From a bacterium (GTDB lineage: Bacteria; SM23-31): 64,000 nucleotides of DNA. A model generated the notes under the pieces. The model searched no databases. It was not told the origin of the DNA and saw nothing but the letters and a program-made list of their open reading frames with translations. Below, one piece after another: positions 11,208 to 22,870 of this stretch. The stretch lies in NCBI GenBank assembly GCA_965249485.1, contig OZ252239.1, positions 1,024,001 through 1,088,000 on the forward strand, given 5' to 3'. Position numbers and translations under genes: made by a program. Position 1 is the first letter of the stretch. Every line of letters starts with the position of its first letter.

Positions 11208-11846
11208 TTATAAGAGGTTATCCAAAACACCATTAATGATTGCTATCCACTCAGCATTTGTAACTTCTACTATTTGAGATTCGCCTATCGCCACGCTGCA
11301 AATGATGACATCGACATTCAGGGTACGAAGCAATTTTAAGCTATTGATCAGATCGCTTTTGTTTCCACCGTCACCCGAAACAATCTGTGTCTTCCATTCG
11401 CCATTATCCAGATAGATTGTATCACCCGTGAACAGATAACTTTTACCATGTGGTGATTTATAGAAATATCAAACATTGTTATTCGTATGACCGGGCGTAT
11501 GTATTACCTCGATATTATCGGAGTGATACTCTCGTTCCGGATTTGAAAAATAAACATCGGCGGATGTCGAACTGTCGAAATATGGCTGGACGAGCGCGTC
11601 ACAACATAACTTAGAGTTGAGTGCATTCTTAACAGTAACTAATGATTGGTCAACTTCATGGCAGTGACTCAAGTATTGATAAGCTGCTCCACCTTTTTCT
11701 GCGATTATTCTCAGTTCTTCCTGATTGTTGGTCGTATAAAATAATACACTATTTTTCTTTCTCACAAGAATATAGGCATGAGTCCTCAATGTACCAAATC
11801 GTATCTCCAATTCTGTTTGCCAGAGATCCTTGTAAATTTGTTTCAT
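11208..11846 (-). pseudogene. Metallo-beta-lactamase-fold protein with in-frame TGA at 11469
   Basis: LSHCHE, HTPGHT; after the stop the same frame continues YLFTGD to TAA at 11208. Confidence 0.75.
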
Positions 11847-11957
11847 TTGCTTGTTCTCGATCTAGTTGGTAGTTGTGTGGATATCTCTATTCAAACCTAT
11901 CATCACCCTCTACTGCAAAGGTAAAATTGGGTCGGAAATATATTCATAAGAAGAAAT

Positions 11958-13559
11958 TTATTTCTTGTGCCATCGTCTATTATTGTTCATCATATTATCT
12001 GAACGAGGAAGTAAATCATCATGCATAGCGGCACAATACACCATCCCGGCCATAATGACTGAATTAGCTATTAAATCTTCAGCAACTAACCGGTCATATA
12101 CATCCATACTGGTATGCCACGTAGTCGTCCAGAATTCGAGATCATCCTGGATGAATCGAAATCCTGGAAGACCGACGGATAAAAATGACATATTGTCAGA
12201 ACCTCCGTTATTGCCAGGTGAAAGATACGTAAATCCAAGATCGTTGAACGGTTTCATCCATTCCTCAAAAATTGGACGAACGAGATCGTTTCCGTACAGG
12301 AATAGACCCCGAAACAGGCCGTACCAATCTGTGTTAAAATAGACAGAAAGCTTCGCATGATCAGGGAGAAATTGCTGAGTTGCCGGATCACCAAAATGCT
12401 TTTTCACATATGCTCTGGATCCTAAATGACCAACTTCTTCTCCACCCCACAAGGCTGCGCGGATTGTGCGTCGAGGTTTGGCGCCAACCACTTTTAAAAT
12501 ACGCATTGCTTCCATGACCACCGAACTTCCTGCAGCGTTATCCGTTGCTCCGGTTCCTGAAGGTGCCGCATCAAAATGAGCACCGAGCATCACAATCTCG
12601 TCTTCTAAATCTGTTCCCGGTATTTCAGCAATAATGTTATAATCTTGCAAGTCATCTTCATCATATTCGACTTTGACCTCAATCTCCAATTCAACCTCAA
12701 TACCGATCTCGAGATTTCTCACTATTCTATTATAATGTTCTGCTGCAAGGACCACGTGTGGCAATGGTTTCGGATCGTCTTTTTTTAAGGGTCTTCCGCC
12801 TCCCGGATTGACGTTACCTTTGGCTATTTGTGCCTGATCCTGAGGTCTTCCCGGACTGACCAGGACTGCAACTCCTTCCGATTCAAAAAAGTCGTTGAGC
12901 AGCTCCCGTGACAGAGGTTGTCGAACATTTCCCTGTAGCATAGTATCATATTCATTTTGTTTTAATGTAACCATTGCCGGTTGTGAAATAATACTGAGAC
13001 TCGCCATGTCATTGAGCTCTTCAACCGATAACCGGTTTGCGTCCGGTATGAAATCCGGTCTGAGTTCTCTCTTCGGTTCTATGAGAACGATTCTGCCTCT
13101 GATTTTATCACGATATTGTTCGAGATCTGTTTGAGAGTAAATCTCTTGCGAATTGATCAATACAACGTTACCTGTTACTTTGCCCATCGTACCTCGTGTC
13201 CAAGCTCTGGGATACGCAATTATTGACTGATACTGCGGTTTGATCAGATGGACTGACGTGTATCTGTTTTCCCAACCAATTCCAACTTCTCCATAGGCCT
13301 GCACTTCTGCATCGATGCCATATTCCTGAAATTTTCCCGATGCCCATTGTGCCGCCCGATTAAAAGAAGGTGAATTTGCAAGTCTGGGACCATATACATC
13401 GGTCATATAGCGTGCCAATTCCATGACATGTGAATGGTTAAGTCCTTCATTGCGAATCCTGTCAATCATCTCATAATCGAGTTGATTTTGAGCGTTTGCA
13501 ATCAATGAAAAAGATAAAAACAGTAGTATAAGAAGTGTTTTTGTTAGTGAACGTTTCAT
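11958..13559 (-). CDS. M28-family exported peptidase (carboxypeptidase Q-like)
   Basis: Signal peptide, YGPRL, GAHFD, GATDNAAG, WGGEEVG, GSD, WHTSMD. Confidence 0.9.
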   Translation of the reverse strand: MKRSLTKTLLILLFLSFSLIANAQNQLDYEMIDRIRNEGLNHSHVMELARYMTDVYGPRLANSPSFNRAAQWASGKFQEYGIDAEVQAYGEVGIGWENRYTSVHLIKPQYQSIIAYPRAWTRGTMGKVTGNVVLINSQEIYSQTDLEQYRDKIRGRIVLIEPKRELRPDFIPDANRLSVEELNDMASLSIISQPAMVTLKQNEYDTMLQGNVRQPLSRELLNDFFESEGVAVLVSPGRPQDQAQIAKGNVNPGGGRPLKKDDPKPLPHVVLAAEHYNRIVRNLEIGIEVELEIEVKVEYDEDDLQDYNIIAEIPGTDLEDEIVMLGAHFDAAPSGTGATDNAAGSSVVMEAMRILKVVGAKPRRTIRAALWGGEEVGHLGSRAYVKKHFGDPATQQFLPDHAKLSVYFNTDWYGLFRGLFLYGNDLVRPIFEEWMKPFNDLGFTYLSPGNNGGSDNMSFLSVGLPGFRFIQDDLEFWTTTWHTSMDVYDRLVAEDLIANSVIMAGMVYCAAMHDDLLPRSDNMMNNNRRWHKK

Positions 13560-13670
13560 GTGATATTCCCCATATCAACTCTCAACAAAAGATTAATAAT
13601 GATTTTGTTAAAATATGACACATTTTTAAACTGTGATGTACTTCTTCAGAGCACACTGGTTACTTTGATA

Positions 13671-13742
13671 TAAATAGTAAAGTATGTAATTTGCATTTAC
13701 AAGTAATTTCTACTCCCCGGACTGTACGATTTGCGAACCTTT
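13671..13742. repeat. Junction repeat, full copy closest to consensus
   Basis: taaatagtaaag...tttacaagtaatttctactccccggactgtacgatttgcgaaccttt. Confidence 0.92.
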
Positions 13743-14013
13743 AATAGAATGTCTAAACCTGTCAAATATGTTCTTAATATAATTTCTGGCTCAAATTTGG
13801 GGGGGGGGGGGTAAGATCTTTCCAAAATAGTGTGCTTTTACAATAGTTAATCTTATTCCAATACAGGGAAGAAATTTGTTTATATTGAATTTGAATGAAA
13901 GTATATTCTCTTGGAGAATGTTGCGCAGAAAATTATTTCATCTTACATAATAATGCTTTTATTAAGTAGTATATCACAAAGTCGGACACTATATAATACT
14001 GGAGAAGGTAAAG

Positions 14014-15447
14014 ATGAAAAGAAGAACGAATGTAACTGCTATAGGTTTAATAATTGCATTTTTATTACCCGTTATCTCCTTCGCACAAGAAACCTCTGCC
14101 ATGAAACCTGACGGAGAGACCGGATTAAAGAAGCTACAATTACCTTCGGGTCCCGCTGGTCCAGGCCGTTTCGGTGCCTACTATACTAAACTTGAGTAAG
14201 ATGAGGAATGGGACAATGTGTGGCGGATGGACAATCACGCCGATGTTGTGGTACGGTTCGATAATGGAGGGCACAGGCTTGTCTTCTGGCGCGGTACCAG
14301 CTATATCCCCTGTTGGGTTACCGGTAATGGTATATGGTATACTAATGAATTCTTGGAACGTCGAGGTCGTGGAATCAAAGAAACCAAGGGCCTTGTCGAA
14401 CCGATGTCTGACAAACAATGCAGGTATTCTCATGTGCGAATAATCGAAAGCAGTAATGCCCGTGTTGTTATTCACTGGCGCTATGCTCCTGTTGATGTGT
14501 ATTATCAACATCCGTATGTTGATGCAGAAAACGGTTGGGGTGACTGGGTTGACGAGTATTATACCATCTATCCGGATGGTGTCGGTATCCGCAAAGCAAC
14601 CATCCATACAACTGCTCCTGATGAGTTTGCTGAATGGCATGAGGCTATTGTTGTAAACCAGCCCGGAACTATGCCGACCGACAATATTGAACCGACTGCC
14701 GTAACACTTGCCAATATGAAGGGCGAATCCCGGGATTATACCTGGACAAAAGACGGTACGCCCGAGGAATTTGATAACCTACCGGAAGACTGTTGTATCC
14801 AGATGGTCAACTTGAAGTCCGTAAAAAAACCATTTACCATTGTCGACCCAAGCGGGTTAAACATAACTACATACGGTGGTCATGCACCCAATTCAATTTT
14901 TACCCACCGGGATCACTGGCCGGTGTCTCAGGATAAATCATGGACTAGGATAACCACCTCGGCTGACAAACCTTCCCACTCTTCACTATTTAACCTGAGG
15001 GACTGGAAAGACTATGCCCGGAGCGAGAACTCGATAACAAAGCTCATGATGAATGGAATGACGGAGAAATCAGCCGGTGAACTGGTGCTCCTTGCAAAAT
15101 CCTGGCTGAAAGCCCCGGATGCAAAGTTGTCAACAGCCGCATATAGTTATGATGGTTATGATCCCGCGCAAATGGCGTACGTGTTCTCTTACCGGAATAA
15201 AAACACATCTCGTACTCTTGAATTCGAACTTTTTGCCAGTGAGGATTCTCCTGTTATTAACCCTGCCTTTGTGATAGAAAACTGGGGAGATGATGATACT
15301 AATTTGGTAATTAATGAGAAACAGTTTAAACAGGGAAACAATTTTCGTGTTGGACACCGATACAGAATCGAAGGAAGCGACTTGATTGTCTGGCTTGAAT
15401 CCGAATTGACAAAGCCGGTAAAGGTATCATTTCTAGCGAAGCAATAG
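14014..15447 (+). pseudogene. Exported hypothetical protein with in-frame TAA at 14197
   Basis: Signal-peptide ORF 14014-14199 is in frame with ORF 14218-15447. Confidence 0.7.
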
Positions 15448-15606
15448 TTGAGGCACCTAATAAATGAGCGCAGGCAGGCTTTGTAAGCCGGAACGCTATA
15501 ATATGCTGTTGATAAAACAATTAATAGTAATTGACTACCGTATACAAAATAAATATCAATATCAGGTCTTGGTTGTACGTCGTCAGATCATTTGGACATG
15601 CTGAGT

Positions 15607-15633
15607 TAAATAGTAAAGTATGTAATTTTACAA
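15607..15633. repeat. Junction repeat, partial left arm
   Basis: taaatagtaaagtatgtaattttacaa. Confidence 0.6.
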
Positions 15634-15687
15634 CGATACTGTGTTATGAAAAATGGACGTTTATTCCGGTTGTAACCGTTCTTGAGA

Positions 15688-16446
15688 CTACAACTCTCTT
15701 TTCGTTGTCCAGAATAGAGCGTTCGTAACCAATTGTATGAATGTCGGATTTTCCCAATCACTCAGTCCGCCTGCTGAAATATAACACACACGACCACCTT
15801 TGTACGTCCGTGTCCATGCTACCGGTTCAGTTTTAAAGGATTCAGGGCCCTCAAAAGGGATGGTGCCTGATAGCAACACCTCAGCATCCGAAGCCACCGG
15901 CGAGGTCTTGTATAAGCTGTACTCGGAACTGAAATCAACAATGCCTTTTAATACCGGATGATCCTTGGCTTCCGGATTGATTGTTACCGCTACCGGAGGA
16001 TGGTCACCGTAATGGTCATCATAGTTGCCGCCGAGTACGAGCTTATCAAACTCTAACCAGTTCTGAAATCCATGGCTCGCGGTCCGTATGCCGACAATCG
16101 GTTTGCCGGACGTAGCGTATCTTTTTATCGCCTCTAACTGCTCACCGTCGATCGTAATACGGCGGGTAAAAAATAGCGCAACATCACAATCATCCAGAGC
16201 CTCAAGTCCCTGAAGGTCGGAACGTTCTCCTTTAAAGTTCTTTTCACCACCCGCCTTGAGAAGCGTAACCTGCACGTTCTCATAATTATTCTCAAGGTAA
16301 TTCTTGTAATCTGCAAGTGATTCATCAGAAGAATACTCGTTCGACCCGGATACAAAGACAATCTTGAGGGTTTCTTTTTTACTACAAGCGAGCAGGGTAA
16401 TGCAGCAGATTAAAGTGGTTGCCATTATTGTGGATATTTTTCTCAT
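15688..16446 (-). CDS. ThuA-like domain lipoprotein
   Basis: LLAC lipobox, GKPIVGIRTASH, LGGNY, HPVLKG, PVAWTR, GGRV, NALFW. Confidence 0.8.
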   Translation of the reverse strand: MRKISTIMATTLICCITLLACSKKETLKIVFVSGSNEYSSDESLADYKNYLENNYENVQVTLLKAGGEKNFKGERSDLQGLEALDDCDVALFFTRRITIDGEQLEAIKRYATSGKPIVGIRTASHGFQNWLEFDKLVLGGNYDDHYGDHPPVAVTINPEAKDHPVLKGIVDFSSEYSLYKTSPVASDAEVLLSGTIPFEGPESFKTEPVAWTRTYKGGRVCYISAGGLSDWENPTFIQLVTNALFWTTKREL

Positions 16447-16576
16447 GCTATGATCCTCCTAAGTATTAAAAAATCGGTATCTCAACTTCGTTCAATCAGA
16501 CAATTTCAGATATGACACATGGTTCTCTCTCTGTTTGTTGTAAGAGCGTGCCTGTTCCGATGTCACACCACGTTTT

Positions 16577-16605
16577 GCTCCCAGGGCTGTACGATTCGCG
16601 AACTT
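16577..16605. repeat. Junction repeat, core plus right arm
   Basis: gctcccagggctgtacgattcgcgaactt, 6 bp from stop at 16612. Confidence 0.85.
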
Positions 16606-16611
16606 TATTGT

Positions 16612-18024
16612 TCAATAGATCAGTTCGATTTTCTCGTTTGGCGGCTGAAGCCATTCAACTCCCCGGTTGGATATAATTTGGACATTGCACACATTGATAG
16701 TAAGTGGATAACCGGGCCTTTCGGGCAGATTCGTATAGACCAAATATTCAAACGCAAAGAAATTGTTCTCTTGGATCACCAGATGGTGCCGGTCTTGCCG
16801 GAAAGTTGACATCGAGGGCCCGATACGATTTATTATGTCGGAATCACCACCATTAAGATTATTGCCAAAGGCGTGATTATCGATGGTAAATCCCGATTTA
16901 TCTGTATTAGCGAGAATTTTCCTTACTTTCATTTGATCTTCCGATCCAATGTCATTCGAGGGTATGTATATGTACCCTTCCTTTTTCATGGCTTCGACCA
17001 TAGCATCCAAGGATTCTCCGGCGGTCATGCCGACTTTCATATGGTCCTTCAATATCCATTGACCCGCTATTGACTTATCGTAGGCATACTGAAGACTCTC
17101 AGGAGCACGTGTTTCTCCATCTCTCAAAATATACGCATATGTTTTCGTATCTGTCCCAAAACTCATATATCGAACCGGAGCACCGAGTACAATAAAATCG
17201 CCGCGCTGGTATACGTAGTGAGGAGAGCGTGTATCGGATAGGTTTGAAACAGCTGAATAGGAAACACTCGGGCCTCCCGCACTCGTACTATAACCTGTTA
17301 AATGCCGCTTGTATGCCTCTTCCCGTGCCCACCAGCCTATATCCTCCCGCGTCGTAACACCAGGTATGATAAGCTCCATTGATTTTTCAACAATCTGACG
17401 CCGTATCTCTAATGTATTGGTCAGCGCAGTCACTTCCCTGAGAACTCTTCGTGCCAGGAATTCTGAAATGACATTCTCGGCAGAGATTATTCTTTGAGAA
17501 TATTTTGGTCCCAGTATTTTCTCCAGTTTCAGATATTCAGTATACGAGATTCCGTCTGCTGAAGAGATCCAGGAGGAATAATTCACCGCAATCGTTTTCG
17601 GGTCGCGCTCAGCAACGAATTCCGTTAATTCGTCGTAGACCGAGAAGTCCATCGTGCCATCCTCATAGCCGTCAACAGCCCGGGCAATTTCCGGAGAGCC
17701 GTACACGTCAATATTTTCAACAGCTCCTGCTCCACCAAACACAGCCCGTTCGATCCTGTCACCACGATCGGTAAAGATCAAATAACCGGACGTCGATCCA
17801 AATTGGGGGACCAGAGGATCAGGATCTCCGGAACGGGTGACATGGATCCACATGTCCACATTGTTGTCGCGCATTGCTCCCGGAAGTATAAGATCAATTT
17901 TCTGGTTTCTCATCTGTCGAAGAATTTCCCCGCCTGCTCTCGATGAATTCACACCCGGTTGCGCACTGGCTACAGGTACGGTGAAAATCACAGAAATTAA
18001 AATTAACAATATTCGAGTTATCAT
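16612..18024 (-). CDS. M24/Xaa-Pro aminopeptidase-like exported protein
   Basis: Family motifs; start set at MITRILL (18024) after GGAG RBS, because the longer ORF runs into the repeat. Confidence 0.85.
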   Translation of the reverse strand: MITRILLILISVIFTVPVASAQPGVNSSRAGGEILRQMRNQKIDLILPGAMRDNNVDMWIHVTRSGDPDPLVPQFGSTSGYLIFTDRGDRIERAVFGGAGAVENIDVYGSPEIARAVDGYEDGTMDFSVYDELTEFVAERDPKTIAVNYSSWISSADGISYTEYLKLEKILGPKYSQRIISAENVISEFLARRVLREVTALTNTLEIRRQIVEKSMELIIPGVTTREDIGWWAREEAYKRHLTGYSTSAGGPSVSYSAVSNLSDTRSPHYVYQRGDFIVLGAPVRYMSFGTDTKTYAYILRDGETRAPESLQYAYDKSIAGQWILKDHMKVGMTAGESLDAMVEAMKKEGYIYIPSNDIGSEDQMKVRKILANTDKSGFTIDNHAFGNNLNGGDSDIINRIGPSMSTFRQDRHHLVIQENNFFAFEYLVYTNLPERPGYPLTINVCNVQIISNRGVEWLQPPNEKIELIY

Positions 18025-18055
18025 GACCTTCTCCTCTATTGATTTTTTAGTGATG

Positions 18056-18121
18056 AATAGTACGTTAACCATTTTGTTATTACAAGTGATTTCTGCTCCC
18101 CGGGCAGTACGATTTACGAAC
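18056..18121. repeat. Junction repeat, full copy
   Basis: atagta-17-ttacaagtgatttctgctccccgggcagtacgatttacgaac; overlaps stop of next remnant. Confidence 0.9.
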
Positions 18122-18510
18122 TATCGGGATTAAGACTAATTTCACTGGGCGGGAAAAAATACTCGACTCCACGTTAGGTGACATATGCATCGTCATGAAA
18201 CCATAAATCTAAATGGTTCTCTTCGTTTTCTCTGGTGGGAAACGGCATATAAATAAACATTTCCATAACAAAGTGGTGATTGAGTTGGAGTGTCATTTTG
18301 TTTTGCCAATCCGGACCATATGAACCAATCCTGGGATCATTCACTCCTTTTCCCTTGCCATGCAAAGTCGATCATAACCTGGGTTTATTCAGGATCCGCG
18401 TTTGTGTCATATCGGTCTTTATCGATGTAAACGTATCCGGTCTCTACTAATTTATCGATGAGATTCTCAAACATTTTTCTTCCAGTTGGACCTGCTCTGA
18501 TGTTTTTAGG
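18121..18510 (-). pseudogene. 3' remnant of an M24-like paralog
   Basis: HGKGK...PRIGSYGPDWQ...LNHHFVME...WFHDD, matching the C-terminus of 41187-42635. Confidence 0.75.
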
Positions 18511-18591
18511 GCAAATTTCAAATCCAGTTATAGGACGAGATGCCATATATATGGGATGACATATTGCATCAATTCGGTCATTTCCAGGTTG

Positions 18592-19957
18592 TTATCGAAT
18601 TAAAAGCACCCGGTATTGCGGCGGGTACAACCATTCAAGACCGTGTTCCGTGACCAACACGTTTTCTTCGATAGCAACAGTGATTTTTTTTCCATTCCAT
18701 TCGTCTACCGGTGAGTAAACGAAGAATTCCAGGGAAATGATGGTATTGGGTCTGATTTCGTATTCGGTCAGCTCGGGAGTAAACCACTCGTCAAGCCCGG
18801 CCGCCACATCGTGGGCGATGTTGCCCATTCGCAACAGTTACTTCAGTATCGGGAACGTCACTGGGGCGTTCTACATCTGTGTAAACGTAACCGGCATCTC
18901 GAAGATGCTGTTTGAGCTCATCTAATTGTTCCCGGCCGGTTCGTCCCGTTCGGACGTTTTTTCGAATGATTTCGCGTATTTTCATTGCCTCTTCAAAAGC
19001 TTTGAGAACTCCAGGCGGTGCAACTTCTTCTTCTTCTCTGAGGACGTAGGCGAAACGCTTGATATCTGTTGAAAAATTGTTGCGATTGAGCCCCCAATCG
19101 CTCGACAGTATATCCCCTCCTTGGAAGACACGTTCTACACCTTTCCCTCTGCTAAGGGTTTGATACCTCCCCTGGAAATCAAGTTCTTGAAACCCCACCC
19201 CTGGAAGCCAGGTTCTGCTCAAACCCATCGCTTCACGGTACTCCTCTAACCATCGGATAACATCGTAGTAGGTCGTTTTACCAGGCGTGATAACTTCGTT
19301 GGACAGGGCACGTTCTATTCCTCTACGTGTGATGTCACCGACCTTGGAGAATTCAATGATTTCACTGGCAACATGCTCGCCGTGAAAATCGGCAATAAGA
19401 CGCTGAGCGGACACGAAGCGTTCAGCATATTTCTCTCCCAATTCCTCAGCAATGAATTTGTAATCCTTGTGGGAAAGGCCGTCTGCAGTATGAACTCCTT
19501 CTCCTATGATTGGAGGATCGAGGTAATTCAAAGCGATTCGTTTCGGGTCGCGCTCCTCGACTATCGACCGGAGATCACTTCCTTCTTCGATCGTGTCGTA
19601 GGCACCGCATATATCGGCCATTTCAGAACTGCCGGGGCCACCAAGTGAATACCTCTCGATGCGCTCATCTCCTCCGTCATAGAAGACGTAAATTCCATGA
19701 CCGTAAGCGGTCTCAATGCCGAAATCGAGTATCATTGGATCGGTGCCACGGCCACGATCAATGATGATCCACATATCGATGTTGTTACGGCGCATGGCAT
19801 TGGGAAGCACGTAATTGAATTTATCTTTACGGATCATGCAGGAAATTTCCCATTGGGACTCCCATGAAGCCTTAGAATGATCGGGCGGACGCTGTGCAGA
19901 AGCATCAGGTACCGTGAATATCACAGCAAATAATAAAATCACAATTCGAGATAACAT
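18592..19957 (-). pseudogene. M24/Xaa-Pro aminopeptidase-like protein, frameshifted near 18835
   Basis: DWG...TDIKR in ORF 18791-19957; SLEF...AIEENV in ORF 18592-18834; close paralog of 33577. Confidence 0.8.
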
Positions 19958-20120
19958 AACGTTCTCCTCTTTTTTATTAATAGTAGTTTTTTGTTAATTT
20001 CTTTATGTGAATTACTTCAAGTGTGGTCAGACTTTTAGCGTAATGATTGTTACAACGGTTTGTTCATAAGCCTTATACACGTGGGTAGGCGTCGTCGAAA
20101 CAATTCGGATAGTATTAGTT

Positions 20121-20160
20121 GAATTTTAAAAGATATATTTAGCATTTGCAAGTGTTATTT
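20121..20160. repeat. Junction repeat, degenerate left arm
   Basis: aaaagatatatttagcatttgcaagtgttattt. Confidence 0.55.
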
Positions 20161-20709
20161 ATTTGCTTCCTAAGAGAGATAGCAATCCAGATACCTCCTC
20201 ACAAGCTTTTCTGTAGACCACGATTTAAACGTTAATTGCTTGCAAAGGCAATTTTTGACGAATGTATGGTAAAAGTGTTTACCAAATACTATGTATTGAT
20301 TTTTGATATTCTATAGTGTTGGTATGCATAAAGAGAAGATCAAAGGAATTCTAAAAATATCTAATTTATCCGGATTCAATATAAAAAAATGACCTTGAAC
20401 ACGTACATCCCGGTATTGTTGGGCAATAATTGCCGATTTTATGTTTGCCGGAGTAGTTATCAAGGTCATAAATTCAAACTAAGTACTAATAGCGCAATAA
20501 GTGTGCTAAACAATTTCCATCCCGCAAATATCTTTCTGAATTATCCAAAGTGCAACAAATAAAACACTCAAAATATGTGCTCTATGGTGGGAATAGAGGT
20601 GGGAATAAATGTTGAGACCCTTGAAGGACGTGTGAAATTGGGAGGTGTGATTCAACTAAAATATTTTCAAGGGAATAATTTTTTTATGGTTATTGGAACT
20701 AAAATTGTA

Positions 20710-20725
20710 AATCAAACGTTTGATT
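20710..20725. promoter_or_regulatory. Perfect 16 bp palindrome, probable TetR operator
   Basis: AATCAAACGTTTGATT, 41 bp upstream of the tetR start. Confidence 0.65.
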
Positions 20726-20766
20726 AAAATAAGTGTTTGAATTATTGCACATATTATAATTAATGA

Positions 20767-21444
20767 ATGGGAATACAAGTGAAAGATAAATCAACAAAAA
20801 TTAGATTATTGGATGCAGCGGAAAGTCTTTTTGCTGACAAAGGGATTAGTGGAACTTCTCTAAGAAATATTATTGCAGAAGCCGGAACTAATATCGCGTC
20901 TGTACATTATCATTTCGGTTCAAAAGAAGAGCTGATAAAGGAAGTGTATTCAAGAAGACTGAAGCCCATAATTGAGGAGCGCAAAAAACTACTTGATGAA
21001 ATTGATTTTCGTCAAAATAAAGATCAAGTATTAAAAAATGTAATTATTGCCTTTATAAAACCAATGCTGATGGTTCACTTAGGAGTACACAAGGATAAAA
21101 AAATCTTTCTTAAGCTAATGGAAAAAGTTCTTAGTGAAAAAGATGACTTAAAAAAAATAATTATTTCTAATTTCGAAAATACAAATAGAACATTTCTACA
21201 AAAGTTTCAGGATCTTTTTCCTGAATTGCATAAAGTTGATCTAATATGGAGGTTCAAGTTTATTTTTGGTGTAGTATTAGCAAGTGCAAGATTATTTCCA
21301 AATTCAAGTGTATTTGAAGTAAAAAATCCCGATGCAATGGATGTTCAATTTCACCTTGACAGGATTGTACCGTTTTTAGTAGCTGGATTCAACGCACCTG
21401 TAGTAAATAACAGTTTAAGGGAGAAAGAAACAAATGAGATATAA
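20767..21444 (+). CDS. TetR/AcrR family regulator
   Basis: LLDAAESLFADKG...SLRNI...VHYHFGSKEEL helix-turn-helix. Confidence 0.92.
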   Translation: MGIQVKDKSTKIRLLDAAESLFADKGISGTSLRNIIAEAGTNIASVHYHFGSKEELIKEVYSRRLKPIIEERKKLLDEIDFRQNKDQVLKNVIIAFIKPMLMVHLGVHKDKKIFLKLMEKVLSEKDDLKKIIISNFENTNRTFLQKFQDLFPELHKVDLIWRFKFIFGVVLASARLFPNSSVFEVKNPDAMDVQFHLDRIVPFLVAGFNAPVVNNSLREKETNEI

Positions 21445-22870
21445 ATTTTTATTGGCAGGTATGCTTTTTCTTTCGTGCTCATCAACGTTAACGAAAAATG
21501 AAATAAACGAACATATTCAAATACCAGACACCTGGGTTGAGAAAATTAGTTCAACTAATATAGAAAATACCATTTGGTGGAATGAGTTTGAAGACAATAA
21601 ATTAAATAAAGTTATTCTTGATGCTTACGAAAATAACCACACATTACAAATTGCGTCTGCAAATGTAATTGCTGCATCTTCTCAAGCAAAAATTGCTGGC
21701 GCACCATTATTACCCGAAGCAAACTTAAGTTTAAATACACAAAAGAGAAAACAAAATTTTATAGGTTTTCCAATTCCGGGAAATGAGAGGGGTGTTTTAA
21801 GCAATACCAGTACAACTTTTGGAGCATCCTTAAATATTTCCTGGGAAATAGATCTTTGGCAAAAATTAAGTGCTGAACATGCGGGAGCTATTGCCAATGT
21901 GCAAATTGCTGAAGCAGATCTAAAAGGAGCCAAGTTATCTTTGGAAGGACAAATTTGTAAAGCTTGGTTTACTGCGATAGAGTCAAAAAGACAAGTTGAA
22001 TTAGCCATTGCAACGCTTGCCAACCTCCAATTATCAGTTGACCAAATTCGTACAAGATATAAAGCAGGATTGATCAAATCTCTAGATTTGAGATTAGCAC
22101 TTTCAAATCTTGCATTATCAAAGTCATCTGTTATACAAAGAGAAAATCAGTATAAAAATTCTATAAGACAGTTGGAGTTGTTACTTGGAAAATATCCTAC
22201 AGCTGAACTTCAAATCAGTGAAAATTTACCTGAATATTCAAATGATATCCCATCTGTATTACCTGCAGAATTAATTTCAAGACGTTCTGATCTGGTAAGA
22301 GCAGAACGAACATTAGCAGTCGCGAATGCAGGAATTAAAAGTGCGAAAGGAAGATTATATCCGCAAATCAGTCTGACAGGTGCAAAAGGAAGTTCCAGCC
22401 AGGAGATAGATAATATTTTAGATGGAGATTTTGGGATCTGGAATATTGGTGCAAGTATTTTACAGCCGATATTTCAACGCGGCAAGTTAAGAGAGGGAGT
22501 GAAATTGGCAGAACAAAATTCTGAAATTGCATTAAACCAATTTGTGCAGTCTGCACTAACAGCATTCACTGAAGTAGAAAATGCAATTTCAAACGAAAAT
22601 TACTTAAAGGAAAGAGAAAAGTTAATTGAATCTGCTGTTGAACAAGCTGTAGCAGCACGATCATTAGCTGAAGATCAATATTTAAAAGGATTAAATAATT
22701 TTATTACAATGTTAGAAGCACAACGTTCAGCATATGAAAATGAAAGTCAATTATTAACGGTAAAAAGAGAAAAACTAACTGCCAGAGTTGACCTATATTT
22801 AGCTCTTGGTGGAAATTTTAAAAATGACCTGATTGATTCAAAATCAGAAAATGGAGCAATGAATGAATAG
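21434..22870 (+). CDS. RND outer-membrane efflux lipoprotein (NodT/OprM-like)
   Basis: Lipobox, WWNEFED, SWEIDLW, RRSD, LYLALGG. Confidence 0.92.
   Translation: MRYKFLLAGMLFLSCSSTLTKNEINEHIQIPDTWVEKISSTNIENTIWWNEFEDNKLNKVILDAYENNHTLQIASANVIAASSQAKIAGAPLLPEANLSLNTQKRKQNFIGFPIPGNERGVLSNTSTTFGASLNISWEIDLWQKLSAEHAGAIANVQIAEADLKGAKLSLEGQICKAWFTAIESKRQVELAIATLANLQLSVDQIRTRYKAGLIKSLDLRLALSNLALSKSSVIQRENQYKNSIRQLELLLGKYPTAELQISENLPEYSNDIPSVLPAELISRRSDLVRAERTLAVANAGIKSAKGRLYPQISLTGAKGSSSQEIDNILDGDFGIWNIGASILQPIFQRGKLREGVKLAEQNSEIALNQFVQSALTAFTEVENAISNENYLKEREKLIESAVEQAVAARSLAEDQYLKGLNNFITMLEAQRSAYENESQLLTVKREKLTARVDLYLALGGNFKNDLIDSKSENGAMNE

Noticed and set aside
13696..13742. Repeat as a Rho-independent terminator or REP element
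   Set aside because: No strong GC stem followed by a U-tract on either strand; symmetry is limited to the outer ends.
18025..18072. Extended N-termini of ORFs 16612-18072 and 27588-28292
   Set aside because: The extensions run into the repeat/promoter; downstream ATGs with RBS and signal peptides are more plausible.
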